Assembly: GCA_965214705.1 (NCBI GenBank)
Contig: CBDCCI010000002.1
Coordinates: 1,408,001 to 1,472,000 of the forward strand
Origin: Alphaproteobacteria bacterium
Lineage (GTDB): Bacteria > Pseudomonadota > Alphaproteobacteria > UBA828
DNA: 64,000 nucleotides
Direction: 5' to 3'
The position numbers and the translations under genes are program-made. Below the pieces are notes generated by a model. The model made no database searches. It was not told the origin of the DNA and saw nothing but the letters and a program-made list of their open reading frames with translations. This document shows, in pieces, positions 1-9,610 of this stretch; within the stretch, counting starts at the first letter, position 1; every line of letters starts with the position of its first letter.

Positions 1-371
1 CACTCGCGTTGACGGCTGCGGGCGGCAAGACCGAAGACGGCGCCGTTGGAAAAAAACACTTCGCTCATGCCGGCCCCGCCCGAAAGCGCTTCGATCAGGC
101 CGCCGACCGGCTCTTCTTTCCGAGCCTGTGGCGTCGGACCGGCGCGGCAACCGAAAGCGACGACGCGGCCTTCGAGGCGAGGCGGGCATTCCTTGCCGAT
201 CTGTGGGAATCGGCGAAGACCGAGTTCGAGGCGGCGCTGCCGTCCATCCCCTGCCCGACGGCCTTGCGTCCGAGGGCTGAGGCACGAGCACGGCGGGCGC
301 TCCGTAACCGAGTATGGAAACACTACTACCCCGAGTTGTTCGACCGGGAGGGGGCCGATGACGCTGTCTGA
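1..371 (+). CDS. cas8e: Type I-E Cascade large subunit Cas8e/Cse1, C-terminal part (runs off the window)
   Basis: ORF 9..371 overlaps the cas11 start and is first in a canonical I-E operon; assigned mainly by position. Confidence 0.75.
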   Translation, partial: LALTAAGGKTEDGAVGKKHFAHAGPARKRFDQAADRLFFPSLWRRTGAATESDDAAFEARRAFLADLWESAKTEFEAALPSIPCPTALRPRAEARARRALRNRVWKHYYPELFDREGADDAV

Positions 372-939
372 CGACAAACAGGCGGAAGCCGCGTGCGCCG
401 CCGCCAAGAGGTTGCAGCACCTACCGCCTGGTCCACTTGCCGAATTGCGCCTGATGACCGAAGAGGCGGCAGCGCCGGAATTCTGGCGACTGGCCGCGCG
501 GCATCCCGACACCATCGGAAATCGAAAGCAATACCCCGAATGGACTGCCATCGTGCGCGTCCTTGCGATCCTCACGAAGAAGGGCAATCCCGCCAGGCGG
601 CGTCCTCTGCACGATCGTCGACGCTCTCTCGGTGAAGTGTTGTGTGACGGAGGCGACCAGAAATGGCCACCGCCGGGCGGTGGACCTCCCAGACCCGTGT
701 TCAGCGAACGGCGTCTCGCGCAACTTATGGCAGCGCGTGGGCCGCAGCGCGCGGTCCTGCTGACGCGCGCGGCCCGCGCCCTGGCCCGAAGCCGCGACCC
801 AAGCGGCGGCATCAATGTCGTCGATATCGCCTATACACTGTTGGCGCCCGATAACCGACGTCAACTGGCCGAACCCTACTACCGCCGGCTCGACCGCGCA
901 GAGCTCGCCGCCCAGGAATCAGAGGAAGGAACGGAATGA
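358..939 (+). CDS. cas11: Type I-E small subunit Cas11/Cse2
   Basis: ATG 358 after a GGAGG RBS; GPLAELR...FWRL and SERRLAQL motifs; lies between cas8e and cas7. Confidence 0.85.
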   Translation: MTLSDDKQAEAACAAAKRLQHLPPGPLAELRLMTEEAAAPEFWRLAARHPDTIGNRKQYPEWTAIVRVLAILTKKGNPARRRPLHDRRRSLGEVLCDGGDQKWPPPGGGPPRPVFSERRLAQLMAARGPQRAVLLTRAARALARSRDPSGGINVVDIAYTLLAPDNRRQLAEPYYRRLDRAELAAQESEEGTE

Positions 940-2066
940 TGACCCGTCCCCGTTTTCTGCAAGTTCACACCTTGACCTCCTATACAGCCGCGCTGCTCAA
1001 CCGCGACGACAGCGGATTGGCCAAGCGGTTACCCTACGGCGGAGCGCTGCGCACGCGGATTTCCTCACAGTGCTTGAAACGGCATTGGCGCATCGCCGAT
1101 GATCCGCACGCGCTGGACAGGATTGACGGGGCGACTGCAGCGTTCCGTTCGCGCGAGTTGGTCACACGCAAGGTCATCGGTCCCTTGCGCGATAACTTCT
1201 CCGAGGACGTTGTCGCGGCTCTTGAAGGCGAATTTCAATTGGCGGTCTATGGTGACAAGGGCGGCGACAGGGCGAGCCGCCAGACCCTGTTGTTGGGCGA
1301 GCCAGAGCTGAATTGGCTCAAGAACCAGGCCGAGGATTTGGCGCAACAGGCGTCGGGCGATGCGAAAGCGGCGGCAGACGGCGCTCAGAAATGGCGAAAG
1401 GATTTCCAGGCGAACATCAAGACGATGCGCGACGGCGCATCGCTGCCTGCCGGCTTGGTCTCCGCGTTGTTCGGGCGCATGGTCACATCCGATCCGGAAG
1501 CCAACATCACCGCGCCCGTGCATGTCGCCCACGCCTTCACCGTCCACGAGGAAGAGCCGGAGAGCGACTACTTCACGGCGGTCGACGACCTTGGGGAGGA
1601 CGAGCCCGGTGCAGACACGATCCAGGAGACCGAACTCACTTCCGGCCTGTTCTATGGCTACGTCGCGGTCGATCTGTCCGGCCTCGCGACAAATCTCGGC
1701 GGCGACACCGGCATGGCGGGCAGCGTGCTGCACAATCTCGTCTACCTCATCGCCGAGGTCTCACCCGGCGCCAAGCTGGGCTCGACCGCCCCTTACGGCC
1801 GGGCAGCCCTAATTCTACTGGAGGCCGGCGACCGGCAGCCGCGCAGCCTCGCCGAGGCATACCGGACACCTTGCGCTCCGCACGTGGGCCCGGCCATCGA
1901 GGCGCTCACGAATCATCTCGTCGCGCTCGACCAAGCCTACGCCACCAGCGAGGAGCGGCGGACGATGTCGCTGGCGAACGAGACCAATGTCCCTGGCGCC
2001 GAGCGCGGTACGCTGGCCGATTTGGCCGAATGGGCCCGAACCCTGCCGGAAAGGGCTATGCCGTGA
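936..2066 (+). CDS. cas7: Type I-E backbone Cas7/Cse4
   Basis: LLNRDDSGLAK, RISSQCLKRHWR, ALFGRMVTSD, VAHAFTVH and DYFTAVDDL motifs. Confidence 0.97.
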   Translation: MMTRPRFLQVHTLTSYTAALLNRDDSGLAKRLPYGGALRTRISSQCLKRHWRIADDPHALDRIDGATAAFRSRELVTRKVIGPLRDNFSEDVVAALEGEFQLAVYGDKGGDRASRQTLLLGEPELNWLKNQAEDLAQQASGDAKAAADGAQKWRKDFQANIKTMRDGASLPAGLVSALFGRMVTSDPEANITAPVHVAHAFTVHEEEPESDYFTAVDDLGEDEPGADTIQETELTSGLFYGYVAVDLSGLATNLGGDTGMAGSVLHNLVYLIAEVSPGAKLGSTAPYGRAALILLEAGDRQPRSLAEAYRTPCAPHVGPAIEALTNHLVALDQAYATSEERRTMSLANETNVPGAERGTLADLAEWARTLPERAMP

Positions 2067-2785
2067 CGCACCGCTGGCTGGTCCTGCGCCTTGAAGCGCC
2101 CCTGATGGCCTTTGGCGGCGTGGCCATCGACCAGGTCGGCCCGACGCGGAACTTCCCGGCCGCCTCGATACTGACAGGACTGATAGGCAACGCACTTGGC
2201 TGGCACTGGTCGGACCGGGACGCGCATCAGGCGACGCAGGATCGGTTGGTCTTCGCGGCCCGTTGCGACCGGGAGGGTGCAGTGTTGACCGACGCGCAGA
2301 ATGTGCAACTCGCCGGGAACGACAAGGGCTGGACGACCCATGGTGCACCGGAGGGACGGACAGGTGCCAGTTACGACGCGCCGCACAGGCGGTTCCGAGA
2401 CTACTTAGCCGACGCATCGCTGCGCATCGTCCTGCGTCTGGATCCGGTCGAGGAAGCGCCGACTCTAGTCGCGGTGGCGGAGGCAATCGACCGACCCGCG
2501 CGGCCGCTGTTCCTGGGGCGCAAGCCGTGCCTGCCCTCAGCGCTGCTGCTAGAGAGTGGAGACGAGCGGTGGGTGAGCGCCGGCAACGCTTGGGAAGCAC
2601 TCCGCGCCGTACCCGGTGCCGGAACGCCAGCGCGCGCCCAATGGCCCTCCGGCCAGGGGCCTGAGTCGGGTGACAACGTGGATCGCATTGCCGATTTGGC
2701 CGACCTGCGGAACTGGCGCACCGGCCTGCACGGCGGGACGCGCCGGGTGGTGGAGGGTTGGATCGTTCCGGCCGCGGCGGCATGA
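2063..2785 (+). CDS. cas5: Type I-E Cas5
   Basis: GTG 2063 overlaps the cas7 stop; LRLEAPLMAFG, GLIGNALG, RDYLAD and LFLGRKPCLPS motifs. Confidence 0.95.
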   Translation: MTHRWLVLRLEAPLMAFGGVAIDQVGPTRNFPAASILTGLIGNALGWHWSDRDAHQATQDRLVFAARCDREGAVLTDAQNVQLAGNDKGWTTHGAPEGRTGASYDAPHRRFRDYLADASLRIVLRLDPVEEAPTLVAVAEAIDRPARPLFLGRKPCLPSALLLESGDERWVSAGNAWEALRAVPGAGTPARAQWPSGQGPESGDNVDRIADLADLRNWRTGLHGGTRRVVEGWIVPAAAA

Positions 2786-3561
2786 CGACGTTCCATCTGG
2801 TCCGCGCTCCCGTCGACACCGGCCGCTTGGCCCGATGGGCCGACGAACGCGGTTGGGCCGGGTTGAAAGGCTCCGTGTATGACGAAGGCCGCGCCCTGCA
2901 CCATCTCGTGACCGAAGTCTGGGGACCGGGAGTCCTCCCCTGCTTCAGGTTTCTCGTCCCGCCCCGCCGACGGGCCGGCAATCTCTACGCGTACTCGGCA
3001 ATGGACGCGGAAGACTTGCGCGCAGCGGCGGACGTCCAGGCCCCGCCGGAACACCTGAAGGTCCTGTGCCTCGACGGGCTGGAGAGCAAGCTGATGCCGG
3101 CGGACTGGCGCGCGGGGCAACGGTTGGGCTTCGATCTGCGGGCTCGACCGATCCGACGCCTGCGGCGCGACCTGAACGGCCCGAGAGAGCGGGTCCCCGC
3201 TGGACGCGAGGTCGATGCGTTCCTGGTAGAGGCCTTGCGCGGCCACCCCGAAGCGCCGGACGGCATGAGCAACGAGGGCCGGACACGGCAGGAGGTCTAT
3301 CTCGACTGGCTGGCCGAACGGCTTACCCCCACGGCCACGCTCGACCGTTCAGCAACTCATCTTGTTCGTTTCAGGCGCCAGCGGGTCGCACGAGAGAATC
3401 GCGATTCTGAGGGGCCGGACGCCACCGTACACGGCGTTCTCGTCGTGGCCGATCCGACAGCGTTCTCCGCGCTACTGATGCGGGGCGTTGGGCGGCACCG
3501 AGCCTATGGCTACGGCATGCTGCTGCTGCGCCCGCCCGGCCGCCCGATTCCGGTGCGGTAG
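2782..3561 (+). CDS. cas6e: Type I-E crRNA endoribonuclease Cas6e
   Basis: ATG 2782 overlaps the cas5 stop; C-terminal Gly loop GVGRHRAYGYGML. Confidence 0.95.
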   Translation: MTTFHLVRAPVDTGRLARWADERGWAGLKGSVYDEGRALHHLVTEVWGPGVLPCFRFLVPPRRRAGNLYAYSAMDAEDLRAAADVQAPPEHLKVLCLDGLESKLMPADWRAGQRLGFDLRARPIRRLRRDLNGPRERVPAGREVDAFLVEALRGHPEAPDGMSNEGRTRQEVYLDWLAERLTPTATLDRSATHLVRFRRQRVARENRDSEGPDATVHGVLVVADPTAFSALLMRGVGRHRAYGYGMLLLRPPGRPIPVR

Positions 3562-4446
3562 ATGCTGAAGGGCCGGCTTGGACTCGACAGCGCCAAGGTC
3601 CCGCACAAGGATCGGGCCGGACTTCTCTATCTCGCGCGCGGCGCGTTGACAGCCAGAGACGGCACGCTCGCCTTCCTGCAAGGGCAAGCGACAGCGGCGG
3701 ACGCGCTCGGGCCCGGCGATTACGCGATCCCGCTTCAGGGAGTCTCGATGATTTTGCTCGGCCCTGGCTCCACGGTCAGCCATGACGCGTTGCGTCTACT
3801 TGCCTACGCCCGCACCGCGCTCGCGGCGGTGGGAGAGGACGGGGTTCGTCTCTACACCGCCCCTCCGCTGATTCCCGACCGCTCCGGCCTTGCGCGGCGG
3901 CAAGCGCGGCTGTGGGCCGACGACGCCAAGCGCATTGCCGTTGCCCGTCGAATGTACGCCTGGCGCCTGGGCGAAGTATTGCCGCATCGCTCGCTGGACG
4001 TGCTGCGCGGCATCGAGGGCGCGCGAATGAAGGAGAGTTATCGCCTGCACGCCCAGCGAGCCCGGATCGAGTGGCGTGGACGCCGCTATGATCGCGCCGA
4101 CCCGGGAGCGGCGGACCTGCCCAATCAGGCCCTCAACCACGCATCGAGCGCGGTCGAAGGCGCCGCTGCCATCGCTGTCGCCGCTACCGCGACGATCCCG
4201 CAGCTCGGTTTCATCCACGAGGACGCGGGGCAATCGTTCGTTCTGGACATCGCTGACCTTCATCGCGACACCATCACCATTCCCTGTGCTTTCCGTGCTG
4301 CCAAGCGAGTCGCCGAACGCCCCGACGAGAACATCGAGCGGCTTACCCGCCGGCTGACGGGGGAAACATTGGCACGCGAACATGTGATCCCAGCGATGAT
4401 CGAGCGAATAAGATCCCTCTTCGAGGAACCCTCCGGGGAGGAGTGA
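3562..4446 (+). CDS. cas1: Cas1 (I-E)
   Basis: LLGPGSTVSHDA, LRGIEGAR, NQALN, LGFIHE and FVLDIADL motifs; 294 aa, no RT fusion. Confidence 0.97.
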   Translation: MLKGRLGLDSAKVPHKDRAGLLYLARGALTARDGTLAFLQGQATAADALGPGDYAIPLQGVSMILLGPGSTVSHDALRLLAYARTALAAVGEDGVRLYTAPPLIPDRSGLARRQARLWADDAKRIAVARRMYAWRLGEVLPHRSLDVLRGIEGARMKESYRLHAQRARIEWRGRRYDRADPGAADLPNQALNHASSAVEGAAAIAVAATATIPQLGFIHEDAGQSFVLDIADLHRDTITIPCAFRAAKRVAERPDENIERLTRRLTGETLAREHVIPAMIERIRSLFEEPSGEE

Positions 4447-4754
4447 TCGGACGAATGGCCATGGCGATGGTCGTCACCCGCAACGTGGAAGCCCGCTATC
4501 GCGGCTTTCTGACCTCCGTCATGCTTGAAGTCGCACCCGGAGTCTACGTGGCACCCGACCTGTCGGCGGGCGTGCGGACACGAGTGTGGGACGTGTTGTC
4601 GGCCTGGTGGTCGGCACTGCGCAAAGGGTCGATCGTCCTGGTATGGAGAGACACAACAGCCGTTGGGAAATTGCGCATTCAGACGCTCGGCGAGCCTCCT
4701 AAAGAGATCGTGGACGCAGACGGTGTCCTTCTCGTAAAACGGCAAGGGGATTAG
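4443..4754 (+). CDS. cas2: Cas2 (I-E)
   Basis: RYRGFL..MLEVAPGVYV..LSAGVR..VW...DADG; true start may be 4455 or 4461. Confidence 0.95.
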   Translation: MIGRMAMAMVVTRNVEARYRGFLTSVMLEVAPGVYVAPDLSAGVRTRVWDVLSAWWSALRKGSIVLVWRDTTAVGKLRIQTLGEPPKEIVDADGVLLVKRQGD

Positions 4755-4811
4755 CGCATATCACCCGCTGCTCTTTGACATTGTAAATATATCAAGGGGT
4801 TGATCGCTAGA
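4755..4811 (+). promoter_or_regulatory. CRISPR leader with IHF site
   Basis: AT-rich; TATCAAGGGGTTG (4790-4802) fits WATCAANNNNTTR and ends 9 bp before repeat 1, as in I-E leaders. Confidence 0.8.
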
Positions 4812-6092
4812 GGCTCCCCCGCCCGCGCGGGGATAGCCCCAGAGAAGGGACTCAAGATTATGACAAGCACGGGGCTCCCCCGCCCGCGCGGGGATAGCCC
4901 CATACTAGTCCTCGTCAGCAGTCATGCGGCGGGGGCTCCCCCGCCCGCGCGGGGATAGCCCCCGGCCTCTGACCAACATCAGCATCGCCTATATGGCTCC
5001 CCCGCCCGCGCGGGGATAGCCCCATCCCGGTGATGAAGCAGTCCGACGCGTACTGGGCTCCCCCGCCCGCGCGGGGATAGCCCCCTGCATCATCCTGCAC
5101 GAATCTCTTCAGCACAGGCTCCCCCGCCCGCGCGGGGATAGCCCCGGTCTAAACAGGGAGACAACAGGGAGACTGGAGGCTCCCCCGCCCGCGCGGGGAT
5201 AGCCCCCTCTTGCCGTATTCTTCCGAAATAACCTGTGCGGCTCCCCCGCCCGCGCGGGGATAGCCCCGAGAGGTGAGGAACAACGGCCGGGGTCGCTAAG
5301 GCTCCCCCGCCCGCGCGGGGATAGCCCCCCGTACGTGTGCCACGACGCGGAGGCCGCCGTGGCTCCCCCGCCCGCGCGGGGATAGCCCCGATCCCCTCCA
5401 GGAGCGCCGGCCGCAGCTCGTGGCTCCCCCGCCCGCGCGGGGATAGCCCCGCCTTGTTTGGCTCGCGGGATGCGCTCTTCACGGCTCCCCCGCCCGCGCG
5501 GGGATAGCCCCAATGAAGGGACTCAGATATGACGTGCACGGAAGGCTCCCCCGCCCGCGCGGGGATAGCCCCCGAGCAGCACTACCCCGACGCCCTCGTG
5601 CTCGGGCTCCCCCGCCCGCGCGGGGATAGCCCCCTCGACGGCGCCAACCTCGCCCGCGCCAACCTGGCTCCCCCGCCCGCGCGGGGATAGCCCCCTTGAC
5701 GCCGTAGTAGTCAGAGCTGCCCGTTCGGCTCCCCCGCCCGCGCGGGGATAGCCCCGCCATGAAGCTGGTGATCGACTACGCCGACATGGCTCCCCCGCCC
5801 GCGCGGGGATAGCCCCGCAGAAGCCGACGCTGGGACCAGCGATTCGAAGGCTCCCCCGCCCGCGCGGGGATAGCCCCGATCCCTCGGTCGGCGCTTTCGT
5901 CATGATCATGGCTCCCCCGCCCGCGCGGGGATAGCCCCATTGCGGTCGAGTCCGCCAGCTCCCGCACGAAGGCTCCCCCGCCCGCGCGGGGATAGCCCCG
6001 AGAGACATGACCGATTCAGCCCACCCAGCCTGGCTCCCCCGCCCGCGCGGGGATAGCTGCGGCCTCAACACCCGCCACATCTCAGCATTAGT
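4812..6092 (+). CRISPR. CRISPR array, leader-proximal part: 21 repeats and 21 spacers
   Basis: 29-nt repeat GGCTCCCCCGCCCGCGCGGGGATAGCCCC with 61-bp period and 32-nt spacers; repeat 21 (6032-6060) ends TGC instead of CCC. Confidence 0.99.
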
Positions 6093-8063
6093 CCGAACTT
6101 CCCCAGCAGATATTGAGCTAAGTTGTTGCGGTGGCTTTCCAAACCACCGTTTCGCGGAGTCGCGTACTGGGTACGCTACAGGCTGACGCCAAGCAGATCG
6201 AGCGCCTGGCGCTGTACCGGCGTCGGCTTGGTGACCAGATCGAAGGGCGGTGCTCCGGCGAGTTTCGGTTGAACGCGGTTCCTGGCGATGGTCGCCAAAT
6301 CATCGAGGAGCGTGCGGAAGCTGTGCACCGGCATCCCGTCTGGCGTGCGTTTGCCGGCGGCCTTGCGACGGGCGGAGGGCGAGGGCTTTGCCGGTGAGAC
6401 GATGGAAGCGCGCGCGGCGTCCGCAGCGGCCGGGTCGTCCTCGTCGAACAGGATGGGGGCGAGCCTTTGGCGCATGTGCCATTCGACGTGGTAGGCGAGC
6501 ATGCACAGCAGCACGTGGGCGCGCACGCGCTCGGGGCGGTAGTGGTGGATGGGCCGCACCTTGAGGTCGACGGTCTTGACGCTGCGGAAGGCGCGCTCGA
6601 TGCGGCTCAATCCCTTGTAGGCGCGCACCGTGTCCTCGGCTCCGAGCTCGCCCTCGGGCACGCTGGTGCGGATGACGTAGAGGCCATCGAGCGCCGCCTC
6701 CTCGGCGATCCGCTCCCGGTTGCGCTGCCAGGTGAAGCCGTCATCGGCGATCTCCAGCTCGAAGTGCTTGGCGACCTTGTGCTTGCCGATGACCTTGCCC
6801 ACGCGCAGGCCGATCTTGTCCTTGCCGGCGAGGCGGCGCTTGGCGCGCCGTGTTGCCGCTCGGATCTCGTCGAGGTCGCCCTCGGTGGCCTGGAGCAGGG
6901 CCTCGCGCTTGCGCGCCCTCTCGACGGCGAGCAGCGGGTTGCGGCAGGCGATCAGGCGTTCGCCGGGGAAGTCGGGATGATGGATCTCGGCCAGGTCGCG
7001 TTCGTCGAAGAGCGAGGGCTGCAGCGTTCCGCTGGAGGCCAGCTCCCGGATCGCCGGCGCCCGCAGCGCGCTGATCCACTCCAACCCGGCCGGCTTCACC
7101 TCCTCGCGGATGCGCGCCTCGGTGAGCATGCCGCGATCGCCCACCAGCACCACCCGCGAGAGGCCGAAGCGCCGGCGCAGCTTGTCGATCTGGGAGCCCA
7201 GGGTGGCCGGATCGGCGGTGTTGCCCTCGAACACCTCCACCGCCACCGGGCAGCCCTGCGCGTTGCACAGGAGCCCGAACACGATCTGCAGCTTGCCGCG
7301 CTTGCCGTCGCGGGAGTAGCCGTGATGCGCCAGCGGGCAGCAGCGCCCCTCCAGCCATGTCGAGGTGACGTCGTAGAGTACCAGAGCGCCGTCCTCGAGG
7401 TGACGCTCGGCCAGACGCCGTTCGATCCTGCCCTGGCGCTCAAGCAGCCAGTCCATCGCCTGGTAGAGTTCGTCTTCGTCGACCTCGCCCAGGTCGAGGG
7501 CCTCGCCGAGGCCGCAGCTCAGGGTGTCGCCGCTGAGCCCGCGTGCGGTGGCGAGCTTCGAGCGCGGCGCCACGATGCGGGCGACGATCATCGCCGCCGC
7601 GAGGTCGCGCAGCCGCGAGCGCCTGGCCGCGATCAGCCGTTCCAGACCGAGGCCGCGCAGAGCCCCGAGCACCGCTGCGACATGGCCGAAGGGACGCGAG
7701 CGGGTGATGTCGAAGCCGTCGTCCTCGCGGCGCTTCTCGCCGCGGGGCACAGCGGTTCCGCCGCGCAAGAGGATGCGCAGGCCCTCGACCAGGTGCGGGG
7801 GCCACCTGGAGAGGTTGGCGAGGGTGCGCTTTCTGATTTTTCCGCCTTCGCGCCATGATTCGCGCAGGAGGATTGCGGGGGGTGAGTTCCGGTTTGGGAC
7901 GCTTTCGATATACATGGGGACGGATCATAGTGCCTGACCCGCAAAATATCAACGCCCCATCCTCATTTACATGGGTACACTTTGCATCCGCACCAACGGC
8001 CGATACGTCCGCAAAAACAAAGACTTATGCCCGAAAATCAGCGAAATTCTGGGGGAAGTTCGG
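6093..8063 (-). mobile_element. IS1634-family element inserted in the array
   Basis: Terminal inverted repeats CCGAACTTCCCC...GGGGAAGTTCGG; 6-bp duplication ATTAGT at 6087-6092 and 8064-8069. Confidence 0.95.
6176..7915 (-). CDS. IS1634-family DDE transposase
   Basis: LYDVTSTWLEG, GYSRDGKRG, VGDRGM, IERAFR..K..DLKVRPIHH. Confidence 0.95.
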   Translation of the reverse strand: MYIESVPNRNSPPAILLRESWREGGKIRKRTLANLSRWPPHLVEGLRILLRGGTAVPRGEKRREDDGFDITRSRPFGHVAAVLGALRGLGLERLIAARRSRLRDLAAAMIVARIVAPRSKLATARGLSGDTLSCGLGEALDLGEVDEDELYQAMDWLLERQGRIERRLAERHLEDGALVLYDVTSTWLEGRCCPLAHHGYSRDGKRGKLQIVFGLLCNAQGCPVAVEVFEGNTADPATLGSQIDKLRRRFGLSRVVLVGDRGMLTEARIREEVKPAGLEWISALRAPAIRELASSGTLQPSLFDERDLAEIHHPDFPGERLIACRNPLLAVERARKREALLQATEGDLDEIRAATRRAKRRLAGKDKIGLRVGKVIGKHKVAKHFELEIADDGFTWQRNRERIAEEAALDGLYVIRTSVPEGELGAEDTVRAYKGLSRIERAFRSVKTVDLKVRPIHHYRPERVRAHVLLCMLAYHVEWHMRQRLAPILFDEDDPAAADAARASIVSPAKPSPSARRKAAGKRTPDGMPVHSFRTLLDDLATIARNRVQPKLAGAPPFDLVTKPTPVQRQALDLLGVSL

Positions 8064-8069
8064 ATTAGT

Positions 8070-8586
8070 GGCTCCCCCGCCCGCGCGGGGATAGCCCCGT
8101 CGAACGGCAGCGGGTGGTCCACAACGCCCTGGCTCCCCCGCCCGCGCGGGGATAGCCCCCGGGCATCCAGCGATCCACGTAAGTCAGGTGGGGCTCCCCC
8201 GCCCGCGCGGGGATAGCCCCCAACATGGATGACCAGCCCTCGGCGTTCAGCCGGCTCCCCCGCCCGCGCGGGGATAGCCCCTATCGTTGCGGCGCCAACT
8301 GGCGGACGCGGAGGGCTCCCCCGCCCGCGCGGGGATAGCCCCTGCCCGATCGTGCAGTTGCCGGCACCGGCGGTGGCTCCCCCGCCCGCGCGGGGATAGC
8401 CCCTTTTCGCAGGACGCCAGCCCGACGAAGCGGCCGGCTCCCCCGCCCGCGCGGGGATAGCCCCCCTCCGGCGACGCTCGAGATGCTCACGGAGGTGGCT
8501 CCCCCGCCCGCGCGGGGATAGCCCCCAACGGTGGTGCATCAACTCGACGGCACACTCGGCTCCCCCGCCCGCGCGGGGATAGCCCC
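8070..8586 (+). CRISPR. CRISPR array, distal part: 9 repeats and 8 spacers
   Basis: Same repeat at 8070, 8131 ... 8558; the final repeat is perfect, not degenerate. Confidence 0.99.
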
Positions 8587-8782
8587 CCACCGCATAGGCC
8601 GCAGTCGCGATCAGCGAGGAGGTGATGGAGGTGCGGAAGCGGTCGAGCGCCGGCCCCAGCCCCGCCACGGAGACGGCGAAGCGCCGGTTGGCGACGATGG
8701 CCCGGTTGACGCCCGCCTCATAGGGCAGCGCGTTAGCGGAGAAGTCGACGTGGGCGCCGGCGACGCGGATGGATGTGGGCAT
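8587..8782 (-). pseudogene. Probable phage tail tape-measure gene, 5' ~65 codons, cut by the last CRISPR repeat
   Basis: MPTSIRVAGAHVDFSANALPYEAGVNRA resembles tape-measure N-termini; GGAGG upstream; lies downstream of a G/T chaperone pair. Confidence 0.6.
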
Positions 8783-8820
8783 GGGCGTCTATTACCCTCC
8801 CCCCATGGGACAGACGAAGA

Positions 8821-9300
8821 CTATTGCGGCGTCATCTCCGCACGAACGCCCTGCCCCACCATTATGTCGATGCACCGCTCGCGCAGTTGCTCATAGATGT
8901 GCGGATGCACTTCTTCAGGATATTGCGCCACGATCCCCTCAAGCACCTTGCGCGTCTCCTCGATTATCTCCCGCCCAGCGGCGCGATACGCGATGAGCGT
9001 CCCGTCGGGATCGAAGTTATCCCAGAGGCTGTCCTGGGAGATGTACTCGCGGAGGCAAGGCGTGATGACCTTGGCCTCCATCTCGGTCTCGTCCGGTGCG
9101 ACGCGATACTTGTGCACGGAGCCGAGAGGCTCCATCTCGGCCAGCTCGCAGCCACGCTCGCAGAGCCTGACCGCGATGGGGTCATCGTATCCGAGACACT
9201 CGGACTTGCAATCCGCCAGAGCGGGTCCGATGAACATGGCCAGAGCCAAAATCCCGGCCACAGCCATCCCGAAGTACGGGATTGTCCGCATTGACGACAT
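8821..9300 (-). CDS. Secreted Cys-containing hypothetical protein (moron-like)
   Basis: Signal peptide ending PALA-D; CxxxC...CxxxC; start abuts the upstream stop. Confidence 0.7.
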   Translation of the reverse strand: MSSMRTIPYFGMAVAGILALAMFIGPALADCKSECLGYDDPIAVRLCERGCELAEMEPLGSVHKYRVAPDETEMEAKVITPCLREYISQDSLWDNFDPDGTLIAYRAAGREIIEETRKVLEGIVAQYPEEVHPHIYEQLRERCIDIMVGQGVRAEMTPQ

Positions 9301-9610
9301 CTATCCCCTCCCCATCTCGGCCAGACACGCTTGGCGGTCAGCCTCCATATCGGCCTCGCGTTGCGCCGCCGCGCTCGCCCCGTCTTCCTTGAACTCCTCC
9401 CAAGGGAACCACGAGGCCACGTCCGGGCGCTTGCCGGTGACCTTGAGCTCGAAGAAAACACCGATTTTCGCGAGCGTCAAACGGATGTCGCTGAGCAACA
9501 CCGGATCGGGCGGCACCCGATCGAAGTGCCGCTCCCAAAGCTCTACCTCATGGGGATTATCGAGGAAGTGCTGGAGCGGCTGCCCCGTCTCCCTTGATGC
9601 TAGGTAGGGC
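9301..9610 (-). CDS. Putative tail assembly chaperone T segment (-1 frameshift extension)
   Basis: Open frame PYLASRETG...LAEMGRG has no start codon near its 5' end and is -1 relative to the upstream gene. Confidence 0.5.

Noticed and set aside
4915-6080. Minus-strand ORFs with repeated GYPRAGGG/LSPRGRGS
   Set aside because: Translations of the CRISPR repeat, not genes
4841-8557. Self-targeting spacers within the window
   Set aside because: Only short partial matches seen by eye (e.g. CATGAAGCTGGT near 45222); a computed search is needed
7967-8586. 3' part of the 271-aa ORF 7967..8782
   Set aside because: Only 8587-8782 looks coding; the rest is read-through across the array
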